NCBI RefSeq assembly: GCF_009914755.1
Contig: NC_060925.1
Strand: one strand, 5' to 3'
Origin: the human T2T-CHM13v2.0 reference genome, Homo sapiens
Length of the DNA: 64,000 bases
Within the stretch, counting starts at the first letter, position 1, and every line of letters begins with the position of its first letter. Made by a program: the position numbers and the translations under genes. The notes under the pieces were generated by a model. The model searched no databases, had not been told where the DNA came from, and was given only the letters and a program-made list of their open reading frames with translations. Of the stretch, positions 40,375-53,720 are shown in pieces.

Positions 40375-40600
40375 CTGGTCTTAAAAGGCAGTAGCAGACA
40401 GTAGACCTGAATTTGAATCCTGGCTCTGCAGTGTGACCTTGAGCATATTATATTACTTTTTTGAGATTCGAATTTCTTATCTTAAGATGGGGATAATGAT
40501 ATTATTACCTGTCTTCTAGCGTTTGCATAAAAATTAACTGAGGTAAGGCAGAGAAAGAGCTTATCAGTGTTTGGCATATAGTAGGAATTTAACAAATGGC
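40375..40600 (+). mobile_element. MIR relic
   Basis: 'agacctgaatttgaatcctggctctgcagtgtgaccttgagca'. Confidence 0.75.
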
Positions 40601-40943
40601 AAATACACCAAGTAATATGAACGTATGTACACGACATTTGTTATCAGTATCACGGGTACTCTTCCCCTGGGTATTGTCACTATTCCCTAGACCTTACCCT
40701 TTCACTAGTAGGACTTATAAACATGTACTAAGGCTTAGTTTATTTATAGCATTAGAACAATAGTTTGAAAACTGAAAATTCAGTTAATTGCTTAGGTAAT
40801 TTTTCAGTTGCCAAGTAACCACATAGACATTTTTTTTCCCAGCAGCTTACCTGTCTAAGGTTACTCTGTTCACACTGACCACAAAAAAAAAAATGCATAT
40901 TTAAAAAAACAAATACAATTTAGCCAGTATTTTGGCTTTAGAC

Positions 40944-41138
40944 CATGAGTGTCCAATCTTTTGGCTTCCCTGGGCCACAATGAAAGAAGATTAATTGTCT
41001 TGGGCCACATATAAAACACACTAACACTAACAATAGCTGATGAGCTAAAACAAATAATTGCAAAGATCCCAAGAAAGTTTTTGAATTTATGTTGGGTGGC
41101 ATTCAAAGCCATCCTGGGCTTTAGGTTGGATAAGCTTG
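40944..41138 (+). mobile_element. MER30 (hAT-Charlie) with perfect 8-bp TSD
   Basis: 'gtgtccaatcttttggcttccctgggccac...ggttggataagcttg'; TSD CTTTAGAC at 40936-40943 and 41139-41146. Confidence 0.9.
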
Positions 41139-41479
41139 CTTTAGACATTCAAGAGAAACTGGCGGACTCATGTTTTCAGAGAAAACAGTTATTGTAATTC
41201 ACCAGTCTCACTTGGTGAGTGTGATCCATGTTTTTGGTAAATCACATCTATTCCTTTTAGATTTTTGGATGGGTAGGTAAAGCTTTCTAGTTACTAGTTT
41301 CTTCATGCTGCAGAGATCATTGCTGTCACGTGGCTGTTTTCCCTTCAGCGGTTTGCCATTTTCCACAATTAACTCTTCTAGTCTTGGCACGCCACTACAC
41401 ACCCAGTCAAACATTGTTCTCCCAGAATCATTTGGTTTCAGCAATACCTAGATCTGTTCCTTGGTCCTCTGGGCTACTA

Positions 41480-41650
41480 TTTCAAAAACACTTGGTAGCA
41501 CATCAAAGTCATATGTGGAGTTTTTAAAAAGCTCTAGATTTCTTGACTCCATCCCAGGAGATTCTTATTCAGTAAATTTGGGGTTGAGAATCTGTCTTTA
41601 CACAAGCTTCCTAGGTGATTCTAATGCTCATTCAGGTTTGGGAACTGCAG
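41480..41650 (+). mobile_element. MER5-like hAT relic
   Basis: 'gattcttattcagtaaatttgggg', 'caagcttcctaggtgattctaatgc', 'ggtttgggaactgcag'. Confidence 0.65.
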
Positions 41651-43016
41651 GCATGGACTGTTTTGCCCATTATTCAGCTCTGTCTGTGATGTAGTCATTT
41701 TGTAATGGCAGGGAGTATGATGAATACCTAGAAAACTCTTTATATTGTGAGCAAATAAACAATCTCCACTTACAAATTTATTTTCTTTCTGTTTAAAATA
41801 TATATATTTGTGACTATTCAGGAATAGAAACATGTTTTTATTATCCAAATCAAAACACAGCATGAGGTACTTTCCAATAAAATCAACTGTAGATTATACA
41901 CAAGTCAAAATCATCTGACTGTTTACTGAGTTTGAAATCCTTCTAGACACCAGGAAAAAGATTTAATTGAAGATTTTAATCTTTCCTTATATTATATGGT
42001 TTCTGAAATGGATTCTGTGCATCTTAAACTATAAGATTGACAGGTCTGAATATTATAGATTTATTAACCATTGGTTAAATGGTCAGAGTTAGTGTGTAAA
42101 GCATTCTACAATATCCCCTAGGCTGGACCAGAATGAACAATTTATACAAAGCCTGAGGTATGTGAGAGTTAAGGTCATATTAAACAAGTGAAAGTTGTGT
42201 TTTATTCCACAATGATACATTTCTAAATGGAAACATGATACATTAAACATTTAAGTGTGATATTGAATTCAAAGAAAAAAATGACACGCTGGGAAATTTG
42301 AAAGAGGTCTTGAAAATTTACTAATCCAATCCTCAGTAGGTGGTTTTATTATTTTGAAAATTGGGGCTTTGAGACCCAGCAAATGTTGGAACAAATACGT
42401 TTTAAAAATGAGCAATTAAAGATAAAAAAATAATTCTTCAAACAATCACCATTGGTATCTATAGAATATTATATAGAACTAGATAATATATTTATCATAT
42501 AAATTACTTCATTTGATCTTTACAGCAACCCTACCTGCCTACATGTAGGTATCATCATTATCTCCACTTCACAGATGGAGAAAATTGAGGCCTAGAGACC
42601 GTTTAAGTTCAGCTAATAGGTGGCAGTATTGGGATATGAATCCAGGCTTTTTCATTTCTCTTACTTGCATAGTCATAAAATAAAGATATTTTCAAATTCG
42701 TACTGAACATGAAGTCTTCAGATTAGCAATGGCAACTGATATGTTAAATAATGTTAAGATAACAGATATTTTGATAAACCATGGGACTTCCCAGTCATAT
42801 GGCAAAGAAATCATCAACCTTGCTCGTCACCCTGAAATTTCCCGTATTGCTCTTGGAGAATTTGGATTGTAGAAGACCCTGGTCTAAATCTAAAACTTTC
42901 TTGTCAATAGGCTAAATATGGTATTAGATTGGCTCTATCCAGCTTCATTTTATTTTGTGGTGCAAAAACACAACAGCACAATAAAAATGCCAAGGAGAAA
43001 TATACTAAAAAATCGT

Positions 43017-43340
43017 GGCCAGGTGCAGTGGCTCATGCCCGTAATCCCAGCACTTTGGGAGGCCAAGGTGGGCGGATCATGAAGTCAGGAGTTCGAGACG
43101 AGCCTGGCCAGCATGGTGAAGCCCCATTTCTACTAAAAATACAAAAATTAGCCAGGCATGGTGGTGTGTGCCTGTAGTCCCAGCTACTTTGGAGGCTGAG
43201 GCTTGAACCTGGGAGGCGGAGGTTGCTGTGAGCTGAGATTGCACCACTGCACTCCAGCCTGGGTGACAGAGAGAGAGACCCGGTCTCAAAATAAACAAAC
43301 AAACAAACAAATAAATAAATAAATAAATAAATAAATAAAA
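43017..43340 (+). mobile_element. AluS (Sg-like) with (AAAC)n(AAAT)n tail and small internal deletion
   Basis: Full Alu; 'ggaggctgag|gcttgaacc' lacks the usual gcaggagaatc. Confidence 0.9.
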
Positions 43341-44375
43341 TTAAACAAAAGTAGAAATAAATTCTGTAAAGGGGGCTGTAAATTTATATATTTCCCACAG
43401 CAGAAGATATGTCTTTTCCTCTATCGAAATTAAGAACAGAGTTCAAGAATATCTATGCTCTTACAACATAAAGATTATAGCACTTTGTGATGCATTCTGC
43501 CACTACTAATTATTCCTTTATATTTTGTTTAATATGCTGCACATTTATTTTAAACAAAAGTGGGTGAAATCATGTACATTTAATATCTTAGAGCAACTTA
43601 TATTTTTCTTTGCTTATAAAGCTCTTTGTAAACTTTCTTTTGAATTTTAGGGGAAAATAACTTTTTCTCTTTGATCTTAGATTATAGCAGAAGGTGTTGG
43701 TCTATAAGAAACTTAAGTTTTATGTATTAGGTCTTTACGCTCTCTTTATAGCTGTACAATAGTACCTGTTTTGACTGTTCAATTCAATAAAAATAGGCTT
43801 ATGTTAATTATGTTATGGAATGGATCTACCGATGGCTCAAATGGCTGTTAACCATTTGGTGCCACTTTGAACTGTGGCTAAACTTATTCTGATGGCGACA
43901 AAAAGGGCGTGTCACAATTTCATCTTAAGACTAGATATTAAAAATAAAGTCACATAATTTTGAAGTGTATTTAACATCTTAACCATTTTTAAATTTTACT
44001 TGGAAAGAAAAGTCCTCCATATGTCCTTTCTCACTCTACTCTTTACTCCACAGTATTAATGCAGTCAGGATTTTACCTGAGGATGGTGCTTACCTCAAAA
44101 TATAATGTTGCACTAAGTCACAAGGCAACCCAATAATGACTAAATGGCTCAATGAAGGCTATTCAGCTTACAGAGGAAAAATGCAGCTACCATAAGTGGT
44201 CACAACCCAAGGTACATGGGTGAAGTGAACAACTGTCTTTCCAAACTCCCCATTCACTGATTTAATATAAAAGGAATGGTATAATGTCAATGATCCAATC
44301 TAAGGAGTCCCATGGAAATGAATGTTCAAGGTAATTCTGACCTATATGACTTGCATTGGATATATAGAAGAGTAA

Positions 44376-44673
44376 GCCGGGCGTGGTGGCTCATGCCTGT
44401 AATCCCAGCACTTTGGGAGGCTGAGGCGGGTGAATTACCTGAGGTCTGGAGTTCGAGACCAGCCTGACCAACATGGAGAAACACTGTCTCTACTAAAAAC
44501 AATACAAAATTAGCCGGGCATGGTGGCATATGCTTGTAATCCCAGCTACTCAGGAGCCTGAGGCAGGAGATTTGTTTGAACCCAGGAGTCGGAGGTTGTG
44601 GTGAGCTGAGATTGCGCCATTGCACCCCAGCCTGGGCAACAAGAGTGAAACTCCGTCTCAAAAAAAAAAAAAA
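44376..44673 (+). mobile_element. AluSp-like, antisense to USH2A, about 290 bp from the exon 58 donor
   Basis: 'agcctgaccaacatggagaaac'; TSD ataga(a/t)gagtaa at 44364-44375 and 44674-44685. Confidence 0.92.
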
Positions 44674-44966
44674 ATAGATGAGTAAAAAGATTTTTAGTCT
44701 CTTGTACTTGAAAGTGTTGCTTTCATAGAAAGCCGTATATACTTACATATCTACATCGACATCTAGATACCTATATCTCTACGTATGTATGTATGTACTC
44801 ATGCGTCTATACACTTAGAAGTGTGGTTTAGATTTTTCTGTTCATATTTATCCAGGAGACCGACTATGTCTTTCTGATTTACTAAATTAACAGTTCTATT
44901 CTTATCTCTAATTAATTCCTTTAAAATGTTTACACACACACACACATACTTCTTTTTTTTTTTTAC

Positions 44967-45124
44967 CTGGTGGTATCCAAGCTACAAATATAGAATAAGG
45001 CCCAATTACTGTGATATTATATGGAGGATAGATTTCTTCTGGTGTTGACATAGGTGTTTGAACAATGTAATCATCACTAGCACTGCTGCCACCTCCAGTT
45101 TTGACTTCTAACTTGTAAGTGTAT
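44967..45124 (-). CDS. USH2A: Usherin coding exon (exon 58, 158 nt, phase 2-1)
   Basis: TTTTTAAATATAG|ATACACTT...CCACCAG|GTAAAA; YTYKLEVKTGGGSSASDDYIVQTPMSTPEEIYPPYNITVIGPYSIFVAWIPP(G). Confidence 0.96.
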
Positions 45125-46031
45125 CTATATTTAAAAAGAAAGAAGAATTGTGGTAAGGCCATGCACAAGAGACTTGAACAATGATTACTAGTTTTTGTAT
45201 CAATTGCTTAGTCCTAAATTTGTGACAAATTGCAAACTCTTTGCCCCCTTTCCAGAAACTTGACTTGGTAGTTTTTCTTGCACAGGCAACATTGTCTCCA
45301 AGCCATTGTAATTTCAGCTGCTCTTAAATTTATTTTTAACCTGCTAGTAATTCATAGCTTTTCTTGAAGATTTCAGGAAAGTCTTGGAGTGTGCTGGTGG
45401 ATTGTGGAGGATTCAAATTAATCTTCCCCATTTTTAAATAGGTTGGAGTTCAGGGAAATATGTTTAGAGAAAGATGTTTTTAAATTGATCTGCTATTCCT
45501 TACAATAAAATGAAATTGATCTCTACTTTCTACAGTAAAACATCTGTTGATTTAAGATATGTTTTTGTCTCTGCTGAGAAATGAATGGGAATGAAATGCA
45601 AATATGTGGAACTTTTTCCTCTAAAACTATTCACAACTATATGTGGTGTAGCAAGTAGAGAAACACTGTACAAGAAGAAAAGAGAGTTGACGGAAAACAA
45701 AACTCTTTACATCTCTTTTATTGCTAGTTCAAGGATGCGTGTTTTTGAAGATAATTTGGTAATTTTTAAAGTGTAATACTTCATGTATTTTGTATATTTA
45801 AAAATTCTCATGCTTTTATGTCAAACAGAAGACGAATTATTTATATTTTTAAGAAATTTCGTGAAGTCTAAAGACTGAATGATTTAGCACTTTCATCAGT
45901 TATTGAATGGCCAATGAATGAGGAAGTTAATTAAACAATTTAACAACTTTCAGTGGGACATGCATTTCTTATCAACCCAGAGAAATGTACAAATCCTGCT
46001 GTATGATTGGTAAAGTTTTCTTTTAGTTTAC

Positions 46032-46215
46032 CTGCTATTGGGCTCCAGGTTTTTATCAGTGAAATTCTGCTCCTCACTGCCACCCAGGAAAAGCAAGTTT
46101 CCATTACGACTCAATTGATATTGAGAAACGAGGCCATTGGGCTTTTCTGGCAGACTCCAATATAATTCCACTGTTGTAGAATTGATGATAATGTGTCGAG
46201 GTGTCACCCAAACTC
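46032..46215 (-). CDS. USH2A: Usherin coding exon (exon 57, 184 nt, phase 1-2)
   Basis: TTATTCTTGCCAG|GAGTTTGG...AATAGCAG|GTAAAC; VWVTPRHIIINSTTVELYWSLPEKPNGLVSQYQLSRNGNLLFLGGSEEQNFTDKNLEPNS(R), with the FN3 W..P..PNG...Y motif. Confidence 0.96.
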
Positions 46216-46559
46216 CTGGCAAGAATAACGCAATGAGGTTTTATTGTTAGGAGAAAATAAACAGTGTATCAAAAGTCACACCATCCCCCCCATGAACTGT
46301 GATATTTTTTCTGTTGATTTTAAAAAATATCTAACTGTATGGAACAAAAATACATAATTGGTGTAAATATATTTTTATTACTTTGATTATTTTATTTTTG
46401 AATTGCCTTTGGAAAGTGAATGTCAGACAACTAGCAGTGGATAATTTCTCTGCCTTGGTTGTCACTCTGAGAGTATTTTAAATCAAGGCTTGAGAGATCA
46501 TCTGGGGATTTCAAACTTTTTAATACAATTTACCTGGAATATGTGAAAGTAAGCATAAT

Positions 46560-47960
46560 CGAGTATGTACCTGAATTATACAATTCAACAAATGAGTGCA
46601 CTTTCCCTTCTTCTTGCACATCAGTGTGATGCTTCTCTTTTCCTCTCTGGCTATGCCTCTGGCCTCATTTACTGGGATCTCTTCCCCTCCTGGACCTTGA
46701 AAGGATGTAATGCCTCAGAGCAGTATGCTCTGTTCTCTCTCTCCCCTCTGCTTTTCTCTCTTCCTTTCTCTTCTTCTTTTTCTCTCTTCTCTTCTCTTCC
46801 AACACCGGCTTCCCAGGTGATCTTCATTCAGTATGGGTTTTAAATATGCATATGCTGAAGACCCCCAAAGGCATATCTCTAGATTGAAACTCTGAGTGTG
46901 AGACTCAAGAATCCAACTGTTTGCTTGACACCTCCATTTGGATGACTGATGATATATCAAAAACTAAAAACATGCAAAACAGAACTCTTGTTTTTCCTGT
47001 CTACAATCTATGTACCTCCCAATCTTGTCCATCTATCCATTTTCTTGGACAAAACACACAAAAATAATGATCCCTGAGACTTTCACCTTTCATACGCCCA
47101 AATGTAATCTAACATAAAGCCCAGAAGATTCTATAATGTATACTTTCCTGTATCTTTACTTTCACTTCTCCTGGTCCAAGCCACGTTTCTCTCTCTCATA
47201 AACTCCTGTCATAGCTTCTAAACTTGCCTCCATGTCGAAATCTTGGCCTTCCATATTCCATTGGAATCTTTGTAAAAGTGTATAAAGTGAATATGTAAGC
47301 CAGTGTCATCTTTATGAACCATATAACCCTTTTGAATTTATTCATATAATATAATCCCAATTTCTTTTTGTGACCCATATGGTCCCACATTTTATTGGCT
47401 CTGGCCTAAGTGGCAGCATTCTTTGCACCATTCACAGAGCTGTGGCCATACCAGATTCCTTTCTATCCCTAGAATGCTTCTAGTTATTTCCTACACCTGG
47501 GCTTTTGAACTTCGGTTCCTTTGGCCTGGAACACCTTTGTTCCCTTACAGCATGACATTTTTGCATTTTGTTCTCATATGTAGAATTGTTCTTATATGTA
47601 GAATGTTCTCATATGTTCTCATAGTTCAGTTACTTGTGTAACTATCACCTTATTGATAAGGCCTCATTTTAGCACTCTCTTAACTCTAACTTGAACCCCA
47701 TCTAATGGAGTCCCAACCTAGTTTCTCTGTATCGCATGGCCTTTTCTATTTCCTTCTTAACACTCAAGACATCATAATCAAATTCTTTCTTTGACATACT
47801 ATTATTTTTACATTATATGATGGTGCAGTCCTCTCCTTTCTCTTACTTTGATGCAAAGTTAGTTCCATGGTAGCAGGGATCTTCTCTGTCTTATTCGTCA
47901 ATGTATCTCTATGGATAACACAATGCCTAATACATGTTTAATGAGTAGATTTATTGTAAA
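46560..47960 (+). mobile_element. LINE-2 (L2a/b) 3' portion
   Basis: 'atccaactgtttgcttgacacctccatttggatg', 'aaaacagaactcttg', 'ctcctggtccaagccac' and an L2 3'-end motif. Confidence 0.75.
47568..47622. repeat. ~18-bp tandem repeat, about 3 copies
   Basis: ttgttct(c/t)atatgtagaa units. Confidence 0.75.
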
Positions 47961-49489
47961 TATATCTCCTGCAAAATGTTATGCTAAGCACTGCAGGCAG
48001 TTCTAGGGAATGCAAAGATGACTAAGATGTGGCTCACTTTCAAGGAGTTTATACTTCTGTCTAAAAAATAAAATATACACACAAACAACTGTAATTCAAT
48101 GTCAAACATTCAAGTACTCTTATAGATGTACAAATCCATCGATGGAGAAGCCAGCAGTGAGAAAGTTCAGTCCTACCACTTTATGTTGTCATCTAGTTAT
48201 ACTCTGATTAGACACTGTAAATCTCTTCTGGAGATTAAAAAAAACTCATTTCAATATTAGGTTCCCTGTAATCAATAGCTTTTGCTTGATTGTATCTCCT
48301 GTGTAAGTTACTCCGTACAGGATAAGATTTTGACACTTTTAGAAGAAAAATTTTCAGAAGAACAAAATGCAATTTATTTAGCAGCATCCTGAAAGAAACA
48401 AGATAGATTTCAAAAATGTCTCAAACATCCCAACTTTCTAAGGAGCAATATATTCCTGAGAAGAAAGTAGTTCATTTTGTTCTGAGAGTCTGCTCTGTTC
48501 TAGATATTTGGTAAAATTCACAAATCATAGTACACATTTGTATGTGGGTTTCTCTGCCAACAGCTGCTAGATGATTCAACCAATCAGAGTTTTGATTTAA
48601 ATGTGATATTAATTTGTTGATTCAAAAGATAAAGTATAAAATCTTAATTCATAATCTGCTTCCTGCAGTTATATCTTTTTCACCTTGAATGATGTATTAA
48701 AAATCACCAAGGTACTAGAATGGCTATTGCTTGGTTTCTGATTTGAACCAGTCAATAAAGCCTGTGGATGTGGAGGAGCTAATAAAATAAAATGAAACAT
48801 AATTTTGGGTTTGTTTCAACCTTTAGGTAAAAGTTGAGTTTATTATTTATACCGGCTGGCAAAAGCTCTTTTCAAGTTGGTAATAACTCCATGCCCATTG
48901 GTTTGATTGATAATATGGAGTTCAAATGTATATATAACTAGAAAGTGCTGCATTTTTACTTGGATGGTGATATGGGGACATCGTTATCTTGGCAGCTGCA
49001 AGAAATCTTTGCTAGAGTAAGACAATCTTTGGTGAGATATATTAATGAGTCCGAGGTGGGGAATTTGTCCCCTTCACCATGTAACTCTGGCCTAAGTCTC
49101 AGGTGAAACCAGAAAAACCTATCCTATATAATAAGGGAGCAAACTGAGGCAGTTCAAGTGAAAGAAATGAATAGTAGGGAGGGAAGTAACCTAGGAGGAT
49201 GGGGTGGGGTAAACTAGCTGCAAGGTTAAAAGGGGAAAGGTAGAATTAAACCTTGGTGGGCCTTTTTACACAGTGACAACAAGTAGAACATGTCTACTGT
49301 ATTTGTTTTAAATTTATCTTGAGTTGCATGCCATATTACCCACTTCTCATGTCCCTACAAATCTTCATTCCAATTCAAAATTCCCAGCATTTATTGTGGA
49401 TTGTTTTTCTCCTGAAATCTGGTGATAGGAACAAATTTTGTATTAGCTGATGTCAGGGATGCACTGAATTCTGGACAATTTAGTATTTG

Positions 49490-50680
49490 TTAATTTATTC
49501 ACTCAACATTCTACCCGACTTTGTGTCATTTTCTGTGTTGGGCACTGTGGATGGGAAGATAAAGACTTTTTCTTATCCTTCATGGAGTTCATGTATCATG
49601 GTGAATAAAGATGAGTCGATAAAAAGTTGTACTCCAGTATGATACATGTTTTAAGAGAAGGAGGCACAGTAGCTGTTAGAACACTTAGAAAGGGTAACCT
49701 GACACAGACTGTGGGGAGAAGTGGAGATGGGTAGGAAGTAGGTGGTTGTAGTGGAAGATTTCCAGAAGGGGAGATGCGTGAACCAAGTTTTGAAAAGGTG
49801 AGCGTTAACTGAGTGAGGATGTAGGGAAAGGGAGTTCAGGCTGAGGGGAACCCACATAAAGTCGTAGAAATGTGGGCAAGGATGGCAGGACTGCACATAC
49901 CTTGGCATGGCTGGTGCACTGCATGGCATGTGGGGAAGATGGAAAGCCTTGAAAAATTGATGGAAGTTAAAACTTGAGGGGTCCATGTTGCTTTGCTAAG
50001 GAGATATGGATGTATGTCTTCCTGGAAGGAAATGGGACTTTATGGAGGTGAATAATATGACATATTCTTATTTTGTCAAAAGAGGAAAAAGAATCAGGAT
50101 GTGGGATGTGAGAAAGAGGAAAAATGACTAGAGGAAGGGATCCTAGTTAGGAGGATCCAGAGAACTTCTCTTCTTATAGCTATGAGGATCTGAACTAAGG
50201 CAGTGTTAAAAGGGACGGGAAAGAAGAACAATTTTTTTAAAAAAAATTCTTAAGATTTAAAACTAATTAGATTTTATAAAAAATTATGTATTACATATGG
50301 AAAAGGGAGCCATCAAGAGTGTCAAGCTTTGGGCTTAGGTGATAGGTAGGTGGTAGTATTTGAGAGAAGAAAAGCAAGTTGAGGAGTAGAGTGGAGTGGA
50401 AGAATTAAGTGGCGAAGTACTGAGGTTAAAGTTTTTGAAAAACACCTAAATATAAACATGTAGTAGACCAGTAAATACATAGGATTTAAATCCATAAGTG
50501 TAGCTTTGGTGAGAGCTTTAGTATTTGGTAGCTCTCAGCCTTCATTAGGAGATAAAGCCAGTACTCGAAAATTCCAGAAGAGCCTGGGTGCTATAGTGTA
50601 AAGAGTAGAGGAAAAAACCAAGGGTGTGTAAACGTTAAAAGAAGGGCAGAGGAAGAGGAATCTGGAATGAACTGAAAAAG
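49490..50680 (-). mobile_element. LINE-2 relic
   Basis: 'ttattcactcaacatt...gggcactgtggat', 'tgaggatctgaactaaggcagtg'; purine-rich on +. Confidence 0.6.
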
Positions 50681-51929
50681 ACTGGGTCTTCTTTTCCTTT
50701 CTGTTTCCACATTATCAATGCTAGAGGAAAGTATGTCTGCAATTTTGCATGATTTATCTCTAAAATGAATTAGAACTCACATGGATGGCAGTAATTGTAG
50801 AAAAAAAGAGTAATAATTCAATTCAAAATCTTCCTGTTATTTGACTAAAGGTACAGGTACACAGTTTTCTATGAGGATAAAACTGTAGAGAACTGTGTCC
50901 AACTTGTCAATGAGGTTGTAATGTACATTGACTTTTTCTTAGATTGAAAATGAGAGGCAAGTGAAAAGAGCTCAGCTTGCGTTGGCTATGCATAAACACT
51001 TCTTTTAATTCTTTCCATGTCCACTTAAAATACTCAAATATGAGATCTTCAAATTATATCTGATGTACTTCGAAAATGGCATTTTATAATTAGTTATGTC
51101 TGGGTGGATAATCTAAAGTGGTATACTTGTTTTCACTTTACAGTAAAACAACAGAACTTAATGTGATTGCTAAGGTGTTCCCAAGTTAAGCATTCACACT
51201 ATATTTATTTCATATATGGGTTATATATAAATGGCACTTATTCAGCCAGAAAATGGCCCTAAATCCATGTTTCTTCTGCAGAGGAAAGTCCATTTCATCT
51301 ATTATTTCTTTGCATGATTATTTGTGTTAGAGGAAAGATACATAAAGTTAAAAAAAAAAAAGAAATCAAGGGCATTTCTCATATCACATTACCCTGCACT
51401 GTTGAAAGCTACAATTTTTAAGTCATAAAATGTAAGTCATTTCAAGAAATTTTGTTGGGAAAATTTCATATTTCCAATGAATTTAAATATATGAATTTGG
51501 TAGAGAGAAATGGAACAAGAGATTCTGTTATTTTATCAGGTTGAGTTTCAGCCAAATCTGGTTGATAGATCCTTTAGAAATTATCCATTATCATCAAAGT
51601 ATCCATTTGATAGTTTACCTTTCCAAAAAATCCACTGCTGGTTTCTTCCTTTCAAAGGAACACTAAGCTTTTTGACATGAAACATTCTTTATATAGAAAA
51701 CATCATTAGTGAATTCCTGGTGAGGAGCCATATGCCCCATATGTGGAATTTTCCATTTTATTCCCCATTTACTGGTAGGAAGTTCAGGTCTAATATTCCG
51801 AGGTACAACAATCCATTTCATTAGAAGAGTAATGGACAAGTAGTTCAGGAGTCTATGGTGGTAATTAACATTGCATTTCTGTTTAGAAACTTATTTATGC
51901 CTTGGTTTCCCCATATGAAAAATAGGCAG

Positions 51930-52470
51930 ATAATGAAGATTAACAAAATAATTAGTTGATCACTAACACATGCCACTGAGTATATTTTTCTTTTGAAAGT
52001 AAATGACACCAGCCATCCCACCTCTGAACACATGGGTAACCATTGCTATCAGTTGGTGTGTATACTTCCTGGATTTTTAAATGCATTTATTTATTAACCA
52101 TTAACAATAAATGCCATTTTCTCAGTTTGTTCTTATAAATTAATATAATGTCATAACTTCCTCTTTGTATGAACTGATCATCTCATTCTTTTATACTGGT
52201 GCATGGAATTCCACAATATGAGAATAGCTGAATTTATTTAGCAATTCTACTCACAAACATTAAAATTGCTCCCAACATTTTGCTATTAAACAAAATAAAT
52301 GCTTCAATAAACATCCTGGTGCATGCCTCCTTGAGCAGTGTGGCACAGTTTCTGGCATAAATGATGAAAATAGAACAGCTGTATCATGGGAAATTAACAA
52401 TTTAAATGTGATAGACATTTGCAATTTGCCTTCTAAGGTGATGATTCCATCTTACATTCCTTCCAACTGT
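51930..52470 (-). mobile_element. Old L1M fragment
   Basis: 'gcatggaattccacaatatg', 'tttgctatta...aataaacatcctggtgcatgcctc'. Confidence 0.6.
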
Positions 52471-53052
52471 GTCTGGTTGTACATCTCTGTACATCACTGT
52501 TCATTTGTCAAAATCCTTGTTTGTTGTGGTCCATCTCAGAAGTCATCTGCTCCATAAAGCCTTTTTTGATGTCATCGATGGGTTTCTATCTCTTCCTCTT
52601 CAGGCCAACCTTAGCACTCTATTCATTTGTTCTTTCTTAACATCAACTTTCAGATTTTCTCTCTTCATACAGATCTTTCTCCTATCACTTCTACTTGATT
52701 GTCAGTCTTGAGGGCAGAGAACATTTTAAACAACTTCAGCAGTGAGCATGGTGCTTATTATATATTAGATGCTCCCAAAATATTTAACATCTGAGTTTTT
52801 GAAAAATTTCAATAATTCTTCTTTCCACAGAAAATCAACTCTATAAAGGTTAAAGAATTGAAAGCGAACTGACCTTGGGAAGCTACACCTACATGAATCA
52901 AGCCTGAAGAATGGGAACCTAGAATGCTATTTTATTTTGTACCTATCAACTTTATTGCCTCTTCCTTATTTGTTATGAAGGAGTTTACAGATTCCACCTC
53001 AAAATGCTATGTGAAAATTTCTTCCCTCAAACCATGGATATTGTTTCATTAC

Positions 53053-53160
53053 CTTCAGGAGCTGCCTGCAGTGTCTGACCTAGAAAAGGCTCGCTTGAAG
53101 TGCACCCAGCAGATGTACAAGCTGTAAGAGTGAAGCTGTAGTTGGTGTATGGCTGGAGAC
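53053..53160 (-). CDS. USH2A: Usherin coding exon (exon 56, 108 nt, phase 1-1), end of an FN3 repeat
   Basis: Minus strand CTTTTTCTAG|GTCTCCAG...CCTGAAG|GTAATG; translates (G)LQPYTNYSFTLTACTSAGCTSSEPFLGQTLQAAPE(G), with the FN3 LxPxTxY motif. Confidence 0.96.
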
Positions 53161-53369
53161 CTAGAAAAAGCAAGCAAGAAATAAAGTGCACCTTAAGAGG
53201 ATTATTTATTATCAATTAAGTACCAGAAGTAACATGCAGAGTTGTAGATATGATAGCCAAAACATTTAAGAGTACTCTCTAAAACACTCTTTAAAGAAGG
53301 TCTGAACCTCATAAGAGGCTAAGTATTGGGCAAAATTTCATTTATCACTGATAAACTAATAAATTCTCA

Positions 53370-53720
53370 GCCATAGAAAAGACCTTAAAATTCATGTGAA
53401 CCATCCACCCTTCTCTTGATTCCCTATACAAGATGTCATTGAAAAGGCTGTCCTGCCTATCGGATCAGAGCACTCCGTCTCTCAAAGAGCCCATTACATC
53501 TTTAGAGAGCCTTAGAGTTATCCTTATTTTGTTTGAAAGTCCTTCCTTATATTGTGATGAAATCTTTCTATCACTTTCACCCCTGGGGACATATAGAACA
53601 AATCTAATTTCTTTTCCACATGACAGCTCTTCAAATGTTTGTAGACAGTTATCAAATCCCCCCTGAGTCTTCTCTTCTCCAGGCTAACCATCCCAGTCTC
53701 TGCAATTGCTTCTTATATAA
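53370..53720 (-). mobile_element. L3/CR1 LINE relic (ORF2 C-terminus)
   Basis: Minus strand reads, with frameshifts, YKKQLQRLG/SLEKRRLRG/DLITVYKHLKS, matching the CR1 motif 'ELGLFSLEKRRLRGDLI'. Confidence 0.75.

Noticed and set aside
42064-42078. Short palindrome ttaacca-t-tggttaa
   Set aside because: 7-bp arms are expected by chance in AT-rich DNA
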